A stretch of 64,000 nucleotides of DNA from the human T2T-CHM13v2.0 reference genome, Homo sapiens: assembly GCF_009914755.1 (NCBI RefSeq), contig NC_060936.1; one strand, 5' to 3'. The stretch's first letter is position 1, and each line of letters begins with the position of its first letter. The notes under the pieces are model-generated. The model saw only the letters and a list, made by a program, of their open reading frames with translations, did no database searches and was not told the DNA's origin. The position numbers and the translations under genes were made by a program. This document shows positions 56,051 through 64,000 of the stretch, piece by piece.

Positions 56051-58009
56051 GAAATGATAATCCTTTAATTTGTTTAATTTTAGAGGTATGAATCTTAAAT
56101 TATTTCCTTCTGGGTATAATTCCAGGCATGTCCATCAGATATTTAATCTTTGATTACCCTTTAGCATTAATCTTATACATTTTTTCTCTTTTTTCTCCTG
56201 AGAATTTCTTTTACAGTTTGATTAATCAGGAACTAATGGTCTTGAAGTAGGGATCATGTCAAATATGTTTCTAGATTTTTCAAAGTACTTCATATGCTAG
56301 CCCATAGTAGATGGACAACATTTATTGTTATTAGATGCACATGTAGCATAAAACCAGGGATTCATAAAAATGTATTAAATGTAATAATTTCTATTGTAAA
56401 GAAATTGGAAAGTTCATTTCTACCATTATTTAAGACTATTCTAGTGTGTCTTACTGGAAGATCAGTCGATGTTTTGGAATTTCAAACAAAATTTGTCTAC
56501 TGTTGATTATTGTGACACAGAAGAGTAGAATGTATGCCATAGCTTTTTATGATTCACATTTCTACAGGATTGCAGAGACATGTTTATGTATACCATTCCT
56601 CTGCCTGCTGAGGACCCATCAACTGCAAAGAAATACCATAATAAGAAAAATAAATTCATTTTGTAGAAATTCTGAAACAACTAAATGCAGTCTGTAGAAG
56701 TGTATTCTCATTGGATACTCCTCATTTATACTGGAATGGCAAAGTTTCCAATAGTTTTGTTCTTTATTTATGAAGCATTTTCTGCTTTTGCTTCATGCTA
56801 TGTCACAGCAACTAATCTTGTTTTGCAATGCAATATGACAAGGAGCCAAGAGACCAGATCCCTAATGCAATGCTTTCCAGAGTGGAGTCCAGGAACACCT
56901 GTGGGGGCCCTTTGACTTCATGTAAATTTGTCAAAGCTGAAAATGTTATCTGGGGGAAAAAAGCTAAAGAGAAACTGGGGGGATAGTACTGAAGGAACTG
57001 TGGGTAGTGGGGAAAGGGTAACAAGGCTGAAAGTTATTAGCCAAAAGGAAACATGGAAAGTTCCAAAGAAAGGCCAAAATATAAAAACCTTTGGCCATAA
57101 GAATAAGAAAAATAAAGACTAACTATGAAAACTATAGCTTTATTCATTGGAAATCTTAGTATAAAAATCACAAAAGTATAGAATTTACCTCTCCAGACAA
57201 AAATAGTTAGGTGTTCAGTGAGGAGAGCTGCAGATTCTGCCAATGGAAATTCAAGAGGAAACAAATCCAGGCCAGCCATGAACTGGGGCTGTTTCTCAGA
57301 GATGCTCCCTGATTCTGCTTAGCGTCTTTTCCTAAGGTTCTATAAGCGCAGACTGAACCTGATACCTCTGTCCAGGCCTATTACATAGAACAGCTGAAAG
57401 TCATGTGATCTTCCGTACCTTCTGCTTCAAGCATCATCCTGTCCTATCACTGCTTCCATTTCTTCTTCCTCGGTGGCATGCAGTTATAGGTTTGAGAAGA
57501 AATAATGAGTTACCACCTTCACATAAAGAGGCAACTTGAAAGCTTTGAATATGAAAGGAATCTCGGGGATCCAGAGCTTCTTATTCAGCCCAGGTTTGGA
57601 CATCTTTTCTCCATGAAAACTCAGAAAGAATTAGCTTTCTTATTCCTAGTTTCTAATAAATATGCATTAAATAGGATTGCCACACAAATTTGAATACTCT
57701 TGAGCAGTATCCTCCAAAAATAGGAGACAATCTGTTAATCGTGGTTGGAAACTGGATTCCTTGGCCTTCCATGGAGATATTTTACTAAGAACATGGCAGA
57801 AGTTGATATAATAGTAGAAGTATGCCAGCTTTTATGGGTGTCAACCACTAGCAGAATTTAGTCTTGGCGGTGGGATGGGGAAAAGTTGAAGAGTAAATCC
57901 ATGATGATGATATTTTCGGAGCAATCGAGGTGCAGAGGGATTTTAGGGATCCTCACAACACAGGGTTTGCAGGTGTTGTTTCTGGGGAGGCAACACCTAA
58001 AGGAAAAAG

Positions 58010-58400
58010 TGATTAAATATGTCAACTGAAATCTGAAGAATAAATATGAATTAACCAGATGAAAGGGAAGGTGGGAAGTTCGGAGTAAGTGACGAAGAAT
58101 ATTTCAGGCAGAGGCACGGGCGCCTTCACAGGCTGAAAAGTCTGTGGCACATCTGGCAGAACTGCAGGTTGTCTGTACGGCTGGGATATGTTATACAATT
58201 GAGGGGGCATATGGGGAAAAGGGTGAGATTGTAAATGACCTGTGAAGTCATATGAAGAGATTTAGAGTTCATTCTGACAGCAATGAGGAATCCTTGAGGT
58301 CTGTTAACCAAGGAAGTTATGTAATTAGAGATGCATCTTCAAAGATTCCTCTGCAGCGTAGAGAGTAATGTGGAAACCAACAGAGACAAAGCATAGGCAG
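58010..58400 (-). repeat. L2 fragment
   Basis: actgaaatctgaagaataa...aattaaccagatgaa...atttcaggcagagg...gatttagagttcattctgacagcaatgagga...gcatcttcaaagatt. Confidence 0.7.
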
Positions 58401-58509
58401 AGGGATGAGGAAGATCTTACAGGAATCCAGTCCTGAAATTGATCAGTTTCTCGGTTGTCTATTATTGTATGACAATCCTTCTTCTCTCCAAAAAATGTAA
58501 TAAGATAAT

Positions 58510-58750
58510 GAATGGATAAAACAGCAACCATTCTATGGTAGTTATTGTGAGTGAGGAATTTGCACAGAGCATGGAAGGTGGGGAGGACGGATTGTCTCCG
58601 CTGTCTGAGGACTGGGCCTTCAGCTGGGGTGACTGGTACAGCAAGCTATGGCTCGATGGCCAACTGGGGACTCTGTCTGGGGCTTTGCTTTTTCTCCTCA
58701 TGGCATCAGCTGAGGTAGAAGCCAGAATGGCTTCTTTTCTGCCTTCTTCA
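58510..58750 (-). mobile_element. ERVL/MaLR-type LTR fragment (MER21C/MLT1-like)
   Basis: aaaacagcaaccattc...gaggaatttgcacagagc...ttgtctc...gggccttcagctggggtgact. Confidence 0.45.
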
Positions 58751-60154
58751 CACTTACAGGCACAAGGAAGAATTAATACCTCCTCTAATCCTTGTTCCCA
58801 TAAGAGTTTATATATTCTTTTTATTATAGTACTCATTGTATTGATTACATTTTATATATATAGTGATACATGCAAAGAAAGTACTAACATGCAATTTCCC
58901 TTTTTATCATTTTCAATCTAGAATCCAAAGCTATTCAATATATATTTTACCTCAATTGAATTTAATAATAACAAAATAAAGTGATTCAATGATTAAATTG
59001 GCATCAGTGTCTAATTTTAATTAGGATGCTGGTCTAGTAAACTACAGAGGTAAAAAGTTTTAATCTGTTCACATATAAAAACTAATGTTTTTTTGATAAC
59101 TAGTTCTAAGAAAAGAAGATAGTCAAACATTATTGTGTAACTCTAGGGTAGTCCAATTTTGTGCTTAATCATCAAAGCAATGAAATCAGCCACCATTAAT
59201 ATTTCCTGCTATTTATTTTATAGCCTCGATTCTACCTTTTAATCTATTTTAGTGAAACTTTTGGTAAACATGCCCTAACTTACATTTCTTTTAGAAAGAG
59301 GTGGATATAAGAAGCAATATATGAATAATCTCAGATGAATCATTATATCATCATCTAGACAGAAATTTATGTCTTTTAAAATTAAAACATTTCTTTTTTT
59401 TAGTTAATTAATACAATGCTATTTGCAGCTCCCTCCTACACTTTCTCCCACATATTTGCTTCTATTTAATGATCTGGAAAAAAAGACTGTAGCACAACAA
59501 TGAAAATTTTAATGATATTAAATTTGGTGGCTTGGCAAGCAACTATAGAAATAGAGAAACTAATGAATGGGCCTAAAGACCTTAGAAATCTGAGCAAAAG
59601 ATAAAACTAGATTCAAGCAGGAATTAAATGCAAATTAAGACATCTGGAGAAAGGTATTAAACACAGACATTCAGGAGGCAGGTAAAATCATAAAGGCTGT
59701 GAGACAGCAATGTGAGGTAATAGCACATCAGCTATTTCATTATGGAGAGGCAACATAATGACTAATTCACTTTTGTGTCTCCAATTTTGAATCCCTCTAC
59801 AGAAAAGTGATAGATTATGTATCTCTTGAAAGAATGTTAGTATTCCAGAAGCTTCAATGGAAGTGCCATATAATTACCAGAATGAGGAAACTGCCTACTA
59901 TTATGTTACAAGATCTCCACCTGCTTCTCTCATTTACTTCACACTAAAAAAGGAAGTATTCCAAGGTCCCTATCAAGGGAGCAACTAATGTGATGAATAA
60001 GAAAAACATCCATATAGAGAGTCACTGAAAACCTCAACATCCTTCGTTAACCTTGGGGTTCCCAGCCACTATTTGTTTTAAAATAGCCTTATGTGAACAT
60101 CACATTGCAAGGCATATGTGCCACAGTTGACGGTAAAGGGAGCCTGTTCCTGTT

Positions 60155-60435
60155 CATTTTATAAAAGTTGTGACTGAGGAAAATTTCAAACATGTATAAA
60201 AGCATAGAGGATGAATTTGGAGCAGCAGCTTATCAACTCTTGTCCAATCTTGTTTCTTCTATACACTCTCATACGCACTTGATCTCCTCACACCCTGGGT
60301 TATGCTGACGCAAATCCCAGACACTTTTATATCATCTTTTAGTATATATAGCCAAAAGATAAATATACATACACCTCTTTTATAGCATTACCACTATATC
60401 ATTACCACTCCTAAACATTATTAATACTTCCTAAA
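60155..60435 (-). mobile_element. Old L1 3' terminus (L1MC5/L1ME-like)
   Basis: gaaaatttcaaacatgtataaaag...cagcagcttatcaac...ccaatcttgtttcttctatac...gcaaatcccagaca...taccactcctaa. Confidence 0.65.
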
Positions 60436-60719
60436 TAACATATTCATTTTTATATCCTCAGTGCCCAGTCTGGTCCCCACATAATAAACATCTCTATGAA
60501 TGAATGAGTGAAATGTCTCCCCACTTACTCAATTTATTAATTTAAGAACAAATATTGCTACTTTTAGTCTATTGCTACTCTTCTTTATCTCTCAAAACCC
60601 ATCCCAAGGGCTTCTCTTTTGTGAAAACTTTCACAATATTTCTAAATAGAGTTTGTTACTTGTATGTTTATTTCCCTGCTCAACATCTCTGTGCATTCTT
60701 TGTTTTTGAAGACTGACAA

Positions 60720-60900
60720 TGTATTAGGCACTGTGCTAAGCCTGTTGCATGGAAAAATACTTCTATCTCTATTTTACTAAAGAAGAAATAGAATCACATT
60801 GGGGTTAACTAACTACTCTGGGGCACGTGCCAGTGAATGACAGGGCTAAGATTTGAACTCAGGCAGTCTGATTCTAGAGTTCATGCTTTTCACCAGTTTT
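60720..60900 (-). repeat. MIR SINE
   Basis: atgtattaggcactgtgctaag...ctattttactaaagaagaaa...cagggctaagatttgaactcaggcagtctgattctagagttcatgctttt. Confidence 0.85.
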
Positions 60901-60964
60901 ATCCATCTTTATACTCTACTTAGGAACAAAGTGGCTGGATACATAGTAGAAAATCAAAAAATGT

Positions 60965-61125
60965 CTTGGAGAAAAGGATAAAAGGAGGAAGGGAGAAAGA
61001 GACGGAGGGAAAAAGAAGAGAGAGGAGGGAAGAAGAAAAGGAGAAAGGGAGAGAAGGAGGATGAAGGAAAAAAGGAAGAAAAGGAAGTAAGGAAGGAAAG
61101 AAAGAAGGAAGGGAAAGAAAAGAGC
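60965..61125. repeat. GA-rich low-complexity polypurine tract
   Basis: About 160 bp consisting almost only of G and A on the + strand. Confidence 0.9.
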
Positions 61126-63184
61126 ATATGATTATTGAGACTACTTGAGAGGGAGAAAAGATAGGACAATAAATTATATACCACCATACAGTTTCAAAAA
61201 TGTATTTTTATTAATTTTACTTGCTTTTTTCAATAAGTGTAAGGTAGATATTAATACCCATTTTGAATATTCGGGAAGTAGTTCTTAGAGACAAGGAGAG
61301 AATTGTTGAAACTGGTAGAACTGGCTCTGACTCCTCAATCTTGACTCCACATCCTATTCTTTTTAGTGACTAAAATGTCATTCATGTCTTTCTTTGGTTA
61401 AGACTGGCATCCCCATAGAAAGAGCTGAGTGGCCATTGTCTAGAATACAGTGCCCTAGGTCAGAGGTCTGAAATGCTTTTTGAAGAGAAGCAGAATGGTT
61501 GGGGAACAGAAGTCTCAAAATTGCCCTGGCTGATGAATTGGCAGTGAAAAGGTGTTTACAGCCAGGGAAGGCCATCAGTATGGTGTGGGGGAAGGGGTCC
61601 CCAAGACAGCCACACTTCAAACCATGGCCCTGGAGCCAGTTATTCTTGACAGAAACACAACCACCCAAACATTGCCTCTTATAATGTGTTCTCAGTTGCA
61701 CGATAAATTTATGATGAAGAAGTGGATAAATGAATAAAACATCTGCCATGTTTTGTAACTTTGAGAACATTGATACCATTTTCATGTAGGGTGAAAATGT
61801 TACTGTGCAAAAAGGATGTACTAAGAATTGTCAATTTGTAGTGAATCACTATTTGAATATTAATTTTTGTGTACTGTTTTATATTTTATTTTACAATTCA
61901 GATTTAAATTAATATTAGAGTAAATATTAAGAGGAAGAGGAATATAAAAGCCCAAGGGTTGACTGCACATGAGTGATGTTAGATACCTATTTAGTCAAAA
62001 AACCTTATGAAGAAATCTTAGAGTCTATATAATCCCATTCCTTTTTCCTCTGTCATTTTAAAGATTAAGCTAAAGGCTTTATGCAAGGTCACAGTTAATT
62101 AATAGTGAAAATGGACCAGATTGAAAGATCTTCCTTTCAACTCAGTAGTTTCCCCTTAATTCATCCTATCTCACATTGTCACAAGCAATTCAGCTTTAAA
62201 ATTTGTTGGGTTTTAGGGGCTGAAATCTGAAAATTTAACAATGTATTTTCAAGTATAAAATTTAAGCTTACTTTTGTAAGTGAGCATTTATACGAGTTCA
62301 TACTGTTCAAAGGAGGTAAAATGTGAATATTTCTTCTAAGCATTAAACCCACCATTTGAAGTCATGGACAATAAACCATTTATTCATGAATACAACCCTC
62401 TCGGTGTGCAATTTCTCACATATATGATTTCATTTCAAAAACACAACTTGAACTATTTTCATGGTAATATAACATTACAATACTGCAAGTGGTTCATAAA
62501 CAAAGGAAAAAGTCCCATGTTGTACCATTTGAGGATTCACTCATAAATCTGAGTTGCAGATCTAATTTCTGAAATATTTCATTATTGTGTCAGACATTGC
62601 AAATTAACAAGAATTTTTCTATTAGGGAAATCTGAAAGCCATACCAGTTAGCACTAATGAGATGTGAACTCAGAATAAGCTTGACAATTAAATAATTCAA
62701 AAGTTATATAAAAAGCAAATCTATTTAAAAATTAATTTCCCCCAATAACGTACTACAATTTTCAATTTGTAAATCACTCTAGGAGTGATTTTGTGGGGCT
62801 TCACTTCTATGCCTTAATATTTTGAAAGAAAATATTGTGCCCAAGTGAGACATAAGAAAGGAATATGTCATTTAATCTAAGAACATAAAGTTAATGATTA
62901 AAATAAATAAATTTTGTCCCTTAGGAACGCATACAATAACTGTTTAAGTCTACTAGTGGATCAGTACTCCACATCATGGGGCTCAGTCAACATGGACTTG
63001 TCTAGCCATCTCTACTGAAGTTGGCATTTTTATTACAGTAACATTGATTAAGGGACATAAAGACTGGCTAACTGAAGCATATACTATCTGTTTCAACAGC
63101 TTTCATAATCTTAGCTGAATCTCTTGAAATGTGGGTAAAAAGTAGAAAAAAGGAAAAAGAAGTCTTTATATCAAGTAGCATTCA

Positions 63185-63430
63185 TAGAATGGGTGATCCC
63201 AGAGGTCTCTTCTTCCTGAATCTCCTTGACAAATTTTGTGACAAGGCAATTCACCTCCTCACAAAGCCTCTTCTTCCATTGTCAGGTAGCTTTCATTTAT
63301 TAGGGAATTTGTTTTCCTATACTTTCCAAAAATCAGTGATGGTTCTGTCTTCTGGGACCCCATAGAACAAGTCCAGCTCCTTTTTGTATCTAACAGATAT
63401 ACAAAGACTACTAACATAGCTGTTGACATC
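63185..63430 (-). repeat. L3/CR1 LINE 3' fragment
   Basis: tgacaaggcaattcacctcctcacaaag...ttccattgtcaggtagctttcatttattagg...catagaacaagtccagctcc resembles the reverse L3 3' region. Confidence 0.55.
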
Positions 63431-64000
63431 TCTTTGCAGGTGATTGGAATTGCTATTATGGGTAAGGAGAAGGACAGGCGGAGTTGCCATGGGTTTGATG
63501 ATGCTCCTGGTACCTGGCTGCTATCAAATTAAAGGCAGTGGGAAAAAAGACAGTGCAACCTGGCAGGGGATCTTGGCTTATTGTCACTGATCTATACCCC
63601 CGCAACCATTTCTCTCTGCGTTCTCTTCCTTTACATTCATACGTGGAATGGGTGGATCTAAACCCGTGAGAAATAAAATAGGAAATGTGCCAAGAGCCCC
63701 AGAAATAGATTATGAAGGGCCAGAAAAAGAGAAAAGGGAGAATAATGAAGGAAAGAAATCAGAGAAGCTTAAGGGAGAGATTTCATCCTATAAGAAAATT
63801 AAATAAACACCTACTGAAATACATAGCCCACTATTGGCTAAAAAATTGGAATCTGGATTAATATAAGTGGTTTAGAAAGTAGCAGTATGCATACTTTCTA
63901 CACCATTTCATGCAGATAGGTGAGGTGACAACATCAGGTTCAGTGTAGCAAGGAAGGAGAGTCGAGAATCTGAGCTCTGAAAGAGAATGGAAGGTGGCTG

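Overview
This window is primate (human-like) nuclear genomic DNA. It is AT-rich and non-coding, with dense Alu, MIR, L2, L1M, MaLR-LTR and hAT relics. I find no intact protein-coding exon, RNA gene or CRISPR array. The only gene-derived feature is a disabled, intronless METTL15 (mitochondrial 12S rRNA m4C methyltransferase, RsmH family) retrocopy on the minus strand, with a CDS remnant at 16264-17468. Its boundaries appear much wider than the CDS. A poly(A) signal, an A-tail remnant and a 13/15-identical target-site duplication with an L1-endonuclease cut site suggest a near full-length mRNA insertion of about 4.6 kb (13013-17597). That insertion appears nested in an old hAT-Tip100 (Arthur1-like) transposon and itself carries an MLT1C LTR, an L2 piece and two Alus. 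Other points worth checking are several plus-strand exon-like units (a possible lncRNA), a small CpG/CCAAT/YY1 promoter-like patch near 48.3-48.6 kb, and an unexplained 36-bp direct repeat 504 bp apart. I do not see a new biological system here. Repeat subfamily calls come from recalled consensus sequences by eye, and boundaries of old repeats are approximate.
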